Assembly: GCA_042218325.1 (NCBI GenBank)
Contig: JBDGRE010000010.1
Span: forward strand, 10,524-74,523
Direction: 5' to 3'
Source of the DNA: Candidatus Nanohaloarchaea archaeon
GTDB lineage: Archaea; Nanohalarchaeota; Nanosalinia; Nanosalinales; Nanosalinaceae
Length of the DNA: 64,000 nt
Part shown: positions 18,900 to 29,179 of the stretch, piece by piece
Position numbering within the stretch: position 1 is the first letter of the stretch
How the letters are laid out: each line of letters starts with the position of its first letter
Position numbers and translations under genes: made by a program
The notes under the pieces: generated by a model
Database searches by the model: none
Seen by the model: the letters and a program-made list of their open reading frames with translations, nothing else
Told to the model about the DNA's origin: nothing

Positions 18900-19354
18900 C
18901 TTGTCTGGTGGCCCTCCGACTGGCACCAGGCCCTCGCCTGCGCGCTTAACTGTGTTTCCTCGTCGAAGCAGACCAGTGCGAACGTGTCATTTACGTCTCT
19001 CGTGGAAGAGGTGGTGTTCGAGGCCTGCAGGGTTCTCACCTGGTCCCGGAGGTTTTCGAGCTTGGCCCTGACCTTTTTCAGCTCTTCAAGCAGGGTGCTG
19101 GCGTTTTTCTCCTTGTTCTGGTACAGCTGCTGCATCCTCTGGAGGTCGGCGCTCAGGTTGGATTTTTCCTGCTGGATCTTTGAGATTCGCCGGTCTTTCT
19201 GCTCTATCTGCTGTTTCAGGTCCTTCTTCTCCTCGACAAGGTTGTTTATCTGTCCCTGGTAGAGTACGGAGAGGCCGGCGAGCAGTGACAGTATCAGGAC
19301 TGTCGATACCAGCAGGAAAGGATTCAACCTTCTTTTCAGCATCGGTGTCTTCAT
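18896..19354 (-). CDS. Single-TM coiled-coil protein
   Basis: N-terminal TM, long heptad run, C-terminal Cys pair. Confidence 0.75.
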   Translation of the reverse strand: MKTPMLKRRLNPFLLVSTVLILSLLAGLSVLYQGQINNLVEEKKDLKQQIEQKDRRISKIQQEKSNLSADLQRMQQLYQNKEKNASTLLEELKKVRAKLENLRDQVRTLQASNTTSSTRDVNDTFALVCFDEETQLSAQARAWCQSEGHQTR

Positions 19355-19373
19355 GTTTAAAGTTTCTACTCGC

Positions 19374-21563
19374 TCACTTTTTACCGTTCATCTTCCGGAA
19401 CCCGACCTCGCCTATGAATACCAGGAGGGCGAGCACGAGCACGTGGACGGAAAGGTTTTTCTTAGACACCACTTTTTTCTCGTTGAAACTCTTCAGTTCC
19501 TCGACCATCTCTTCTTTATCCCCGGGCCGGTAGACCTCTCCACCGGTCGCCCTTACCACTTCCCGCATATCACCGCTGTAGCCGACTTGCTGTAGCTCCG
19601 GGTCGTAGTTGTAACCGTAGGTCTTGTTCCGGACAGAGTGGAAACCCAGCCTTCCAGGATCCATGCTCATAGTGTAAAGGTTCCTGCCTTCTCTCTGGAA
19701 GCCCTGCAGCCTGTAGGACGCCTGGAGCTCGACTTCTCCAGGCCTGCGACCGTTCTCGACGCGTAGCCACCGCTCCTGTTTCCGTTTCGGGCTGCCGACC
19801 GCCCAGCTGACCGTTCTCGTCAGGAGGAGGGGGTCGAGACGGGAGACCTCTGTGAGCTCCTTGTCTCCTCCAGAGAAGGCTGCTACCCGGCCGAGACCGT
19901 ATCTCCACGAGGTGAGGAAAGGTCTTCCGCCGGTCCCTGTCGCCAGCAGTTTCGCTCCTCTTCTCGGCTCTACAGGGTCGAAGAAGGTGGCGGCGGAGGA
20001 AAGCTCTATGCCCTCCGTTATGAAGTGTTCGGTGTTCACGACCACGAGCGGAACGGTCTGTCCGGATGCCCCTCCGGACTCGAACCTGAACTGCAGCTTG
20101 CTGGAGTCCTGTGCGTCGAGGTAGACCCCGTTACCCCGGTCCGCGATCTCCTTCAGGAACTTTTCGTCCCTGTTCTCTCCTACCCCGACAGTTATCAGCT
20201 GCACCTGGAGCCGGTCCGCAAGCCTCTTGGTCTTGGCCTTCACGTTCCGGTTGCTGGCGAGTCCTCCAGTCCTGCCGTCGGTCACGAGTATCACGTTGCC
20301 CACGCCCTCGAGCGGTATCCTCGCACCTTTTATACCGTTGTTGTGGAAGGAGGGCCCGGAGGGCGAGAGACTGGCTATCTTCTGCTTCAGGGCTTCACGG
20401 TTCTGGGAGAGCGGCTTCGGGGTGGAGAGGAGGTACGCGTCACGGTTGTAGGCCACGGCCCCGACACGGTTGTTGTAAGGGAGTTTCTCCACGAGGTTGT
20501 ATGCTATCCTCTTTATCATTCCGGCGGTACCTCCCTCTGTTCCCTCGGAGATATCGATCGCCAGCATTATCTTCGCGCCGCGGTTCTGCTGTCGTTCCGG
20601 TATCTTCTTGACCGGCAGTATATCCATCTCCCTCTCGTAGCTGCCCGTGTATACCACTCCGTTACCCCTGGAGACGTAGTTGACCGGCTCCTGCACCGGG
20701 TCCTTCTTCATGATGATGGCGTAGTAGGGTGACAGGTCCTCCGGCAGCTGCGAGCGGTGGTCGACCCTGTAGAACTTCTCCAGCCTGCCAGTAAGAGTGC
20801 CTTTTTCGCCGAGTACGAGCACACGGGGTTTCTCGGTGACCTCTATGCCGTGGTAGTACCTGTCGTTGACATCATAGCTGTCGTTGACGCCTATCTCCGC
20901 TCTCACGGTGTGGCTTCCCTGGCCGGGGAAACTCCTGGTGAAACTCCAGGTCCGGTTCCCTGAGCGGTCGACCGGTATCCTGCTACCGTCGAGATAGACC
21001 TTTGGCCTCGGGGCCTTGCCACGTGTCGCGTGGACCTTTATATCGAAGCTGTTCCTTGCACCCGGGACCGTCGAACCCGGGCCCTCTATCGTGACCGATA
21101 CCTCTCTTTCCATACGGGTCTTCAGCGCGTTCAGGGTGGAGTTCTTCTGCTGGAACTTCTTCGCGATACCCTGCAGGGACGTATCCGACTGGAAGTCACT
21201 GACCACCACGTAGGCAGTGTCCGGCTCGAGGTTGCGCAGTATCCCGTGCCGGAGGTCGGAGCTGTTGCCGGAGGCTACCAGTTTCTCTCGCACCTTGACA
21301 TCCCTGAGCTCCAGCTCTGTGTTCTGCATGAGTTCCGCGGACGTCGAGCTGTCCTTCAAAACCACTATCTCCTGCTGCTCCTGCGTCGACTGGTCGACGT
21401 TGATGAAAGGCGACGCCGCCGCGACCACGAGCAGGGCGATGAGAGCAGTATGCATGAGGCCGACAACCCGGCCGTACCTTTCATTCGCCCTGAAGACGAA
21501 CAGCAGCCCCGGGAGCGTGAGCGCGAGCAACGCGAGCAACTGCGGGTTCTCGAAGCCTACCAC
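19374..21563 (-). CDS. Membrane-anchored vWA domain protein
   Basis: GFENP-type N-terminus; MIDAS-like DSSTS and DISEG; LVTDG; WRYGLGRV; C-terminal TM. Confidence 0.85.
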   Translation of the reverse strand: MVGFENPQLLALLALTLPGLLFVFRANERYGRVVGLMHTALIALLVVAAASPFINVDQSTQEQQEIVVLKDSSTSAELMQNTELELRDVKVREKLVASGNSSDLRHGILRNLEPDTAYVVVSDFQSDTSLQGIAKKFQQKNSTLNALKTRMEREVSVTIEGPGSTVPGARNSFDIKVHATRGKAPRPKVYLDGSRIPVDRSGNRTWSFTRSFPGQGSHTVRAEIGVNDSYDVNDRYYHGIEVTEKPRVLVLGEKGTLTGRLEKFYRVDHRSQLPEDLSPYYAIIMKKDPVQEPVNYVSRGNGVVYTGSYEREMDILPVKKIPERQQNRGAKIMLAIDISEGTEGGTAGMIKRIAYNLVEKLPYNNRVGAVAYNRDAYLLSTPKPLSQNREALKQKIASLSPSGPSFHNNGIKGARIPLEGVGNVILVTDGRTGGLASNRNVKAKTKRLADRLQVQLITVGVGENRDEKFLKEIADRGNGVYLDAQDSSKLQFRFESGGASGQTVPLVVVNTEHFITEGIELSSAATFFDPVEPRRGAKLLATGTGGRPFLTSWRYGLGRVAAFSGGDKELTEVSRLDPLLLTRTVSWAVGSPKRKQERWLRVENGRRPGEVELQASYRLQGFQREGRNLYTMSMDPGRLGFHSVRNKTYGYNYDPELQQVGYSGDMREVVRATGGEVYRPGDKEEMVEELKSFNEKKVVSKKNLSVHVLVLALLVFIGEVGFRKMNGKK

Positions 21564-21594
21564 TTTTTACACCCCGTTCCGGTTTTTCCCATTT

Positions 21595-23286
21595 TCATAC
21601 GTCTCCGTTCCTCCGCAGGTATACCAGTTCCCCGGCCGCTACCCCGGCTAAAAGCAATACTATGAGGGTCCTGAAAGCCCGGTTCGACGAACCTCCCGTG
21701 TTGCCGGGTTCCAGGCTGTTTTCCTCCGTGTATGATTCCTCCACGCTCGCGAGGTTGGCGGCGTAGACGCTGCCGGAAGTGTTGTAGAACCCGGCCTGTG
21801 TGGCGGTCACCTCTCCCTTCTTTTTCTCGTCTCCAGGGGTTTTGACCCACGACTCGTTTGTGGTATCACCTGTTTTTACGTTAAGCTGCTGTAGAGATGG
21901 CCGGTCTGTGAGGTCCGCCATCATGCCCTTCCAGAAAACCGGGTAAAGGAAATCGAACCGGAAGTCGCTGTCGCGGACGTTGTACACAAGTAGCTCTCCT
22001 CTTCCCACGTTCTTCCGTACGAGGGCATGGCCCGGGTCGGAGAGAGTCCCCCCTGAGTAGTTCATCCGGTGGACTTTGGTTCCTCCCACGTTGATCCTTC
22101 TCGGCTCAAGTATCTCTACTGAAGTATTGACCGGGCTGCCGAGCGCCGGCACCGTAGAGAACTTTTTCTCTATACCGGGCTGTGCGAAGACAACGAGAGA
22201 GGCCCCGTTCTCCACGCGTTTCTCTATCTTTTCGGCTGTCTCCAGCAGCAACCTGTCTGTCTTACCTACTATGTAGACATCGGCGTCGAGCCCGGATCCG
22301 ACGGGCGGTGATACCTGTTCCACCGATGTGAAGCCTATGAGCTCCAGGGCCTTTGCAAGGTACGGGTTTCCATCGTCAGAAATCAGCATGACCTCGAACT
22401 TCTTCTCGGGTGGCACGCTGATATATGCGGTGTTGTCGGACCTCAGGGAATCCGTTTCCAGCCTTACCCTGTTCAGCCTTGACGACGAGAACTTTACAGG
22501 TTCTGTCTCGCCGGGGCCTACGACCTTTTGCCGGCTCTTACCGTTGACCGATACCCTTATCGATTCGCGGGTGTCCATGAAGTTCTTCACCTCGACCGTT
22601 GTGTTGGCCTTGCCAGGGTTCACGCCTACTATCCCCCAGGAGTTGGACTTGCTGGTATCCATGAGTCTTACCTCTCTGCCGCCGGAGGTCATCTCCTTCA
22701 GTACCTGCGGCGCGGAGCGCTGGCTCAGGGACTGGTCCAGATCGCTGGCAACCACTACGGCGCCACGGTAATCCCGTGCAGCGGATAACCCGCCCGCGAT
22801 ATCGGTCTCCACATCCCGGACCTCCATCTTTCGCAGGTACTGCCTCACTTTCCCGCTCGACGCGCTTTCAAGCGGGACCTCGACGTCCTCGCCGACTGCG
22901 ATGAGAGTGTTCTCGTTGCCGAGGTTGCTCTTCACGAACTTCTTCGCCTCCGGCATGTCATCGGCCATCGACGCTGAACGGTCGAAAACTACGACTGCCT
23001 GGTCCGGTCTTCCCGCGCCCTCTGTGTAAAAGTTCGCGATAGCGGCCGCGAGCCCCATGATGACGAGGATGTGGAGCAGCAGCAGGAAGTTCCTCTTCAG
23101 TTTCTCGAACGCCTTCTCGAGGTTCCCGGAGTTCTTGTCCTCCATGAAGAACGCCATTGAGGGCATGACCTTTTCCTCCGGCTCCGGCCGGAAGAAGTAG
23201 AAGGCGAGCAACGGTACGAGGCCCAGCAACGCGAGCAGACCCAGGGGATTGAGAAAGTTCTGTGACAGTATGCCCGCCAGCGCCAT
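21595..23286 (-). CDS. BatA N-terminal domain plus vWA domain protein
   Basis: FLNPLGLLALLGLVPL...PSMAF; DRSASM; ASD; C-terminal TM. Confidence 0.88.
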   Translation of the reverse strand: MALAGILSQNFLNPLGLLALLGLVPLLAFYFFRPEPEEKVMPSMAFFMEDKNSGNLEKAFEKLKRNFLLLLHILVIMGLAAAIANFYTEGAGRPDQAVVVFDRSASMADDMPEAKKFVKSNLGNENTLIAVGEDVEVPLESASSGKVRQYLRKMEVRDVETDIAGGLSAARDYRGAVVVASDLDQSLSQRSAPQVLKEMTSGGREVRLMDTSKSNSWGIVGVNPGKANTTVEVKNFMDTRESIRVSVNGKSRQKVVGPGETEPVKFSSSRLNRVRLETDSLRSDNTAYISVPPEKKFEVMLISDDGNPYLAKALELIGFTSVEQVSPPVGSGLDADVYIVGKTDRLLLETAEKIEKRVENGASLVVFAQPGIEKKFSTVPALGSPVNTSVEILEPRRINVGGTKVHRMNYSGGTLSDPGHALVRKNVGRGELLVYNVRDSDFRFDFLYPVFWKGMMADLTDRPSLQQLNVKTGDTTNESWVKTPGDEKKKGEVTATQAGFYNTSGSVYAANLASVEESYTEENSLEPGNTGGSSNRAFRTLIVLLLAGVAAGELVYLRRNGDV

Positions 23287-23325
23287 GTTTAACCTTTCGT
23301 GCGACAGTATTTCATTGCCCGGGGT

Positions 23326-26010
23326 TCAGTTCTCGATGCGCTCCATGACCTGCTCGTGAAGCTTCTGCAACCGCTCCTTGCGGTCCTCCATCTTCACAAC
23401 GTCGGTCGAGCCCTGCAGCAGCAGGTTGTGGCTGAAAGGCGACGGAACGCTGGAATCCCTTGTCTCAAGCGTTATGTCGCCGGACTCGATGCCGTCGACC
23501 ACCTCCTTCACGTGCCTGATGTCCATCGCGTCCTCCATTATCTCACGGTAGGTCTCCTTTATCATCGGGAAGTCCTCGCCGTAACGGTTCCGTATCACCG
23601 ATATCAGGAAATGAGACTTCATCTGCTGCTGCCCGACTGTCTTCGAGTTGCCCGCATAGTTCCGCAGCACCATGAGGCTTCTCCCCGCAACGTGCCTGAA
23701 CCGGCGCTTCATCAGCTCGGTCTTTTTCACCGCCTCCTTCAGCTCTTCTTCCAGGTCGCAGCCGGTGAGCTCGTCCATCAAAGTGTCGAGGTCGACAGGT
23801 CTTCTTGGTGTGATCAGGATGAATCCGTTGTCGTCTATCACCATGCCGACGTTGCTCCCGATGCGCTTCTGCAGCAGGTGGGCCAGGATCCGGGCGAGTG
23901 CGTCGTGCGTCCGCCGGCCGTAGATGGTGTGGAATATCAGGTTCTGCCTGTCATCCTCGTCCACGTAACGCTCCACGGTTATGTCCTCATGCGTCGACAC
24001 CTCGCCAAGGAACTCCTTCTGCTCCCTGACGTACTGGTATATCGAGTTCGCGGTGTTCTCGTCCAGGTAGTAGTTGTGCATAATCCACCGGATGATGGCG
24101 TCGTCACCGGCTCCCATCTCTATCTGCTGCTCAACCTGGTCGCGGAACTCGCCGATGCGGACACCGAGGTCGTATGAAAGAGGAAGGCGTTCGGAGTACC
24201 AGGAGGGGACGGTCGGCTGCTTCTGCGGCTTGGGATCGACGTACACGTTCATGCCCTTGGCGTACCTGAACTCGTAGGTCTTGCCGCCGAGCGTGAATAT
24301 GTCGCCCTTCGTCAAACGGTCCATGAACTCCTCCTCTAGCTGCCCGACGTACTCGTCGTTCCGGGTCTTCACGTCGTAACCGGTCTCGTCGGGAATCGTA
24401 CCGATATTGGTCATGTAGATGACCCGGGTCATCTTGCCTGAGCGGCCGAAAAGGTCCTCGTCGTGATCCATCCAGATTTTCCTATAGACGTTCTGGTCCT
24501 CCAACTCGTACTCGCCCGACAGGTACTTCAGCACGTTGTCGTAATCCTCTCGGGAAAGTCCCTGGAAGCAGTAAGATTTCCTGATGACGTTGAACGCGTG
24601 GCCCACATCCCAGCGATGGTTGCACGCCATGCCGACGATGTGCTGAGCGAGCACGTCAAGCGAGTTCGTCGGTATCTGTATCCTGTCAAGGTCGTCCTCC
24701 TTGGCGCACTTCGTCAATACGGAGCACTCCATCGCATCGTCCCTGTCAGTAACTATCATCTTGCCCTTCGCGACCTCGCCTATCTGGTGGCCCGAGCGGC
24801 CGACACGCTGGATAGCACGGGCGACACCCTTCGGAGAACCCAGCTGCAGCACAAGGTCGACCGAGCCGATGTCGACGCCGAGTTCCAGCGACGTGGAGGT
24901 CACGGCGACCTTCATCTCCCCGCGCTTTAGCGCCTCTTCGGTCTCGAGCCGGACTTCTCGGGACATGGAGGAGTGGTGCGCGCCTATGTTCTCGTCGTAC
25001 GAGTCGGGGAACCGCTCCTTCAGGTTGTTCACGACCCTCTCGGTCGCGGACCGGGTGTTGGTGAATACCAGCGTGGTGTCGTGCTGCTGTATCATGTCGT
25101 GCATCCGGTCGTACATCGCCTCCCGTATCTCCTCCGGCGGCGTGTTTATCAGGTCTCTTACGGGGGAAACCGTCTCGAGTTCGATCTCCTTCGAGGCGGC
25201 GACGTCGACTATCTTGCAGCCCCGCGTCGTGTAATCCTCCTGCTCCACGGGCTCGCTGGCCTTCACCTTGCTGCCGTCCTGCGCCTCCTTCTCGCCCACG
25301 TCTGTATCTGCCTCGTAGCCGACCAGGTACTTCGCTATCTCGTCTATCGGTGCCTGTGTCGCGGAGAGGCCTATCCGGGTCGGCGAGCCGTTGACCATCT
25401 CCTCCAGTCTTTCGAGCGACAGCGACAGGTGGACGCCACGCTTGTTCTCGCTCAGTGAGTGTATCTCGTCGACTATGACGTACTTCAGGTTCTCCAGCTT
25501 CTGCTTGAACTTCGGCGAGTCCAGGATGATGCCGAGCGACTCCGGCGTGGTTATGAGTATGTGGGGCGGCTTCTCCAGCATCCTCGACTTCTCTGAATCC
25601 GAGGTGTCGCCAGTCCTGACCGCGCTCCTGACCTCCGGCAGCTCGATGTCCATGCTGGCTGCGGTCTCACGTATACCCTCCAGCGGGGCCTCGAGGTTCC
25701 TGTCGATGTCATTGGAGAGGGCTCTCAGTGGCGATATGTAGAGGATGTAGACCTCATCGTCCAGCTCGTCCTGGTCTCCCATCATGAACAGCTCGTTGAG
25801 GCCGGATAGGAACGCGGAGAGCGTCTTGCCTGAACCTGTGGGAGCAGATATAAGCGAGTTCTCACCCTCGTGTATAAGGTCGAAGGCGTGCTTCTGCGGC
25901 TCTGACAGCGATGGGAACTCGTCGTTGAACCATTCCGTGACGTACGGTTCGAAGTCGTCCGGCAGCGATTCCGAGGCGTCCTGCTCCTCCACGAATTTTA
26001 TCTCTGGCAT
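23326..26010 (-). CDS. lhr: ATP-dependent helicase Lhr (core type)
   Basis: APTGSGKT, SPLRALSND, RTGDT, TTPES, DEIH, KRG, SAT, HHSS, LELGVDIG, QRVGRSGH. Confidence 0.95.
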   Translation of the reverse strand: MPEIKFVEEQDASESLPDDFEPYVTEWFNDEFPSLSEPQKHAFDLIHEGENSLISAPTGSGKTLSAFLSGLNELFMMGDQDELDDEVYILYISPLRALSNDIDRNLEAPLEGIRETAASMDIELPEVRSAVRTGDTSDSEKSRMLEKPPHILITTPESLGIILDSPKFKQKLENLKYVIVDEIHSLSENKRGVHLSLSLERLEEMVNGSPTRIGLSATQAPIDEIAKYLVGYEADTDVGEKEAQDGSKVKASEPVEQEDYTTRGCKIVDVAASKEIELETVSPVRDLINTPPEEIREAMYDRMHDMIQQHDTTLVFTNTRSATERVVNNLKERFPDSYDENIGAHHSSMSREVRLETEEALKRGEMKVAVTSTSLELGVDIGSVDLVLQLGSPKGVARAIQRVGRSGHQIGEVAKGKMIVTDRDDAMECSVLTKCAKEDDLDRIQIPTNSLDVLAQHIVGMACNHRWDVGHAFNVIRKSYCFQGLSREDYDNVLKYLSGEYELEDQNVYRKIWMDHDEDLFGRSGKMTRVIYMTNIGTIPDETGYDVKTRNDEYVGQLEEEFMDRLTKGDIFTLGGKTYEFRYAKGMNVYVDPKPQKQPTVPSWYSERLPLSYDLGVRIGEFRDQVEQQIEMGAGDDAIIRWIMHNYYLDENTANSIYQYVREQKEFLGEVSTHEDITVERYVDEDDRQNLIFHTIYGRRTHDALARILAHLLQKRIGSNVGMVIDDNGFILITPRRPVDLDTLMDELTGCDLEEELKEAVKKTELMKRRFRHVAGRSLMVLRNYAGNSKTVGQQQMKSHFLISVIRNRYGEDFPMIKETYREIMEDAMDIRHVKEVVDGIESGDITLETRDSSVPSPFSHNLLLQGSTDVVKMEDRKERLQKLHEQVMERIEN

Positions 26011-26046
26011 GGGTCTTCGAGGATGTCCAAACTTTAAGAATAGCCC

Positions 26047-26898
26047 TTAATCGTCCCAGGTCATCATCATTGAGAACGCGGTGGCCGAGAAAGCCGTGAG
26101 GAAGCCTATCACCGGCTGGAGGCTGTACACCAGGAGCGTTATGACGGGCACCAGCAAGAGCAGGGCCTTCCCGTCGAGGTTGGAGGATACGAGGTTCTTT
26201 GTTGTCTTCGAGATGTCGACAGAAGAGGCGTTGATCTGCTGGCCTGCTTCAATGGCGAACCTCTCCGGTACCTCTTGCTGCGCCGAATCGAATGCACCGG
26301 CCACGGCCTGCTGGTCCTGCAGGGAGAGCTGGTCCCGGGTCTGGTTCAGGACGTACGCACGTGTCGCCGTGACTGTCGCGGCGCTGCTCTGTCTTACCAC
26401 CTGTGACTGCATCTCTTTCTGCTGCTGGAGCAGATTCGCGTCCTCTACCGCGTTCTCGACGTTCTCGCCCATGACGCTTCCTGCCCGGTTCCTGATATCC
26501 TGCGCCACCGAGGGGTCGTTGCTGGCCACGAAGAACAGGCCTGCGCCTATGAAAGCCCCGGTCAGCAGGAGCGGCAGCGTGGTGGAGCTGTAGTAATCCC
26601 TGAACCTTTCGCCGCCCGCGAAAAGCGACACGAGGATGTTACCGACGGATGTGAAGACCGCGACGGCGGCTATAGTCGGACCCAGTGGCACGAATATCAA
26701 CGCTATGAGGCCGAGGAAAGTGGAAACCGAAAAAGACTCCCTGGAGATATACGCCGTGTAACCGAATAGCAGCGGCACCAGAAGCAGGACGAGGTATGAA
26801 GCTGGTGTCGACGACTCGAAGAAGTACGCTGCTGACGCCGCGAAGAGCGCGAGCGAGAACTCAAGCACGTACTCCACGTAGTCCTGCTCGATGTCCAT
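26047..26898 (-). CDS. Multi-TM hypothetical membrane protein with Gln-rich external loop
   Basis: Starts MDIEQDY; several TM segments. Confidence 0.7.
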   Translation of the reverse strand: MDIEQDYVEYVLEFSLALFAASAAYFFESSTPASYLVLLLVPLLFGYTAYISRESFSVSTFLGLIALIFVPLGPTIAAVAVFTSVGNILVSLFAGGERFRDYYSSTTLPLLLTGAFIGAGLFFVASNDPSVAQDIRNRAGSVMGENVENAVEDANLLQQQKEMQSQVVRQSSAATVTATRAYVLNQTRDQLSLQDQQAVAGAFDSAQQEVPERFAIEAGQQINASSVDISKTTKNLVSSNLDGKALLLLVPVITLLVYSLQPVIGFLTAFSATAFSMMMTWDD

Positions 26899-26932
26899 AG
26901 GTAGAGCTTGTGAACGGCCGGATTTAAATCCT

Positions 26933-27877
26933 TCAACGCCCGACCAGCTCGTCGAAAACCGCCTCCGCGTGTCCACGGTCCCGGGCCTCGACTATGGCGC
27001 GGCCGGAACGGAACAGCGCGAAGCCCCGGCCGTCGATCTCCACACGGGTAAGATAGTCATTGTCCGCGACCACCTTGCCCTGCTGCCGCAGCCTCTGGAA
27101 CGCCTCTTCGCCGACATCGCGTTCCAGCTCGTACTTGTTCTCGCCGCAGACAGATACTGTGTCATCCGTCTCGTCCAGTCGGCGGTATTCCCCCTCCTCG
27201 CACACCTCGCAGCCTTCGCTCCGCACCTCGAGACTTTCCCCGGATGGAACGACGTCGAGCTTCTCCTCTACTTCTTTTCCCGCGAGGTATCGCACGGCCT
27301 TAAGTGCGCTTCGCGACGCCGCGATGGTCGAGACCTCCCGCATCACGCCGTCGGTCTCGCAGGTGCCGAGAGAACCGGCTTTTACGTCCTCGAAGACGCA
27401 GCTGAAGCACTTGCCGTCGAACAGCATCGAGTAACCTTTCTCCGCTATCGCCGCGGTGTAGACCCACGGAACTTTTTCCCGGTGCGAGTACTCATCCAGA
27501 AGGAAACGGGTCTCGAGGTTGTCGGTCCCGTCCATGACTATATCCGCGGGCCCGAGAAGCTCGGTTTTATCACCGGACAGGCTCTCGACGTGTGCCTCTA
27601 TAGTCGCGTCCGAGAACCCCTCAAGTCTTCGCCGTGCGGCCTCCGCCTTCGGGAGTCCCTGTTCGACCTGTTCCGTGCTGTAGAGGCTGCTGGAGTAGAG
27701 GTCGTTCTCCTCGAGGTAGTCCCGGTCCACAAGCATGAGGTTCATACCATGCCGCGCCAGGTGCTCCGTGATGACGCTCCCGGTCGCGCCGAGCCCCACG
27801 ACTGCAGCGGTAGAGCTCTTTAACCTTTCAAGCTCTTCCTCGCCGAAACTGTCGAGGGCGGTGAAGCGTGAGCGCAT
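26933..27877 (-). CDS. ThiF/MoeB/UbaA family E1-like adenylyltransferase
   Basis: GLGATGS, DRDY, PKAEAA, DGTDNLETR, CFSC, GTCETDG, CEVC. Confidence 0.9.
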   Translation of the reverse strand: MRSRFTALDSFGEEELERLKSSTAAVVGLGATGSVITEHLARHGMNLMLVDRDYLEENDLYSSSLYSTEQVEQGLPKAEAARRRLEGFSDATIEAHVESLSGDKTELLGPADIVMDGTDNLETRFLLDEYSHREKVPWVYTAAIAEKGYSMLFDGKCFSCVFEDVKAGSLGTCETDGVMREVSTIAASRSALKAVRYLAGKEVEEKLDVVPSGESLEVRSEGCEVCEEGEYRRLDETDDTVSVCGENKYELERDVGEEAFQRLRQQGKVVADNDYLTRVEIDGRGFALFRSGRAIVEARDRGHAEAVFDELVGR

Positions 27878-27931
27878 GCTGTTCTTTAGAATGCGAAAAG
27901 ATTTATGAAAATCCCTCGCGCGACTGATGCT

Positions 27932-28765
27932 ATGAGTTTCCACTTCCGGTTTCTGGCCGCTGCCACGAAGGCGCTCGCGGAGTACAGCATAACCACTACC
28001 GACTTCATAACGGCCGTGGTGGTAGCAGTCGTGGGATACACGGTGAACGAGGCCTCCAACTACCTCGTCGACCGGGAGGTCGAGCGGAGAGGGGGCGACG
28101 AGCACGCGGCCAAGTCCGCGAAACGGGTTACCGCGTACGTCATCTACCCTCTCACATTTGTCATCATCCTCGGCGTCTTCGGCGTCCCGCTTTCCGGGCT
28201 CGGAACCGCGGTAGGACTCATCGGCCTCGGGATCTCGTTCGCGCTGAAAGATATGATAGCCAACTTCATCTCCGGCATCCTGATACTGATTAACCGTCCG
28301 TTCAAGATAGGCGACCAGATCAAGGTGGCCGGGGAGGAGGGAACCCTGCGGGACATCAAGCTCCGGGCGTCGGAGATAAAGACGTACGACGGCAGGAAGG
28401 TGATAGTCCCGAACTCCGACCTGTACAACAAGGTGGTCATCAACAACACGGCGTACGACGAGCGCCGGTTCGAGGTCATAGTCGGGATGGGCTACGACGA
28501 TGATATCAAGAAGGCCCGCGAGCTCGGGTTCGAGGCACTTGACGAGGCGGAAGGCGTCGAGGATACGCCGGATTCTCAGGTGCTGGTCAACGAGCTCGGG
28601 GATTCAAGCGTCAACCTGAAGCTGCGCGGCTGGACGAAGCCTTCGAAGGCCAACATGGTGAAGAGCTCGAGCGAGGTCGCGGAACTCGTCAAGAACAAGT
28701 ACGACGAGGCCGGTATCGACATCCCGTATCCCATCAGGACGGTCTTCATGCACGAAGAGGCCTGA
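27932..28765 (+). CDS. mscS: Small-conductance mechanosensitive channel
   Basis: GISFALKDMIANFISG, RPFKIGD, VPNS, GIDIPYP. Confidence 0.93.
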   Translation: MSFHFRFLAAATKALAEYSITTTDFITAVVVAVVGYTVNEASNYLVDREVERRGGDEHAAKSAKRVTAYVIYPLTFVIILGVFGVPLSGLGTAVGLIGLGISFALKDMIANFISGILILINRPFKIGDQIKVAGEEGTLRDIKLRASEIKTYDGRKVIVPNSDLYNKVVINNTAYDERRFEVIVGMGYDDDIKKARELGFEALDEAEGVEDTPDSQVLVNELGDSSVNLKLRGWTKPSKANMVKSSSEVAELVKNKYDEAGIDIPYPIRTVFMHEEA

Positions 28766-28867
28766 TTGTAATACGAAACAGCCGATTTACACTTTTACAG
28801 AGCCATTTGTAATACGTTTGCGGGATAGACCGTTTTCTTCTTAAGGCTTCGTACCACGGGTTTCGGT

Positions 28868-29179
28868 ATGCCAACCGATATCGACGAGGACAGGATGGAA
28901 GAGATACAGAACTCTGACGAAGTATGGGTCATAGATTTCTGGGCGGAATGGTGCAAACCGTGCGAGAAGTACGGCCCGATCTTCGAAGAGGTCTCGGAAA
29001 AGGTCGACGGCGTTAACTTCGGCAAGGTCGACATGGAGGAGCATTCCCAGCTTGGGCAGAACCTCGGGGTGCGCGCTCTTCCGACAACGCTTATCCTGAA
29101 AGGTGGTGAAGAGGTCGACAGGAACGCAGGCGTTATGCAGGCCGACGAGCTCGAGGACTGGATAGAGGATAAAGTCTAG
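28868..29179 (+). CDS. trxA: Thioredoxin
   Basis: DFWAEWCKPC, GVRALPT. Confidence 0.95.
   Translation: MPTDIDEDRMEEIQNSDEVWVIDFWAEWCKPCEKYGPIFEEVSEKVDGVNFGKVDMEEHSQLGQNLGVRALPTTLILKGGEEVDRNAGVMQADELEDWIEDKV

Noticed and set aside
14238-26010. Novel Lhr-metallophosphoesterase repair system
   Set aside because: The association is already known, and the two genes are about 8 kb apart here.
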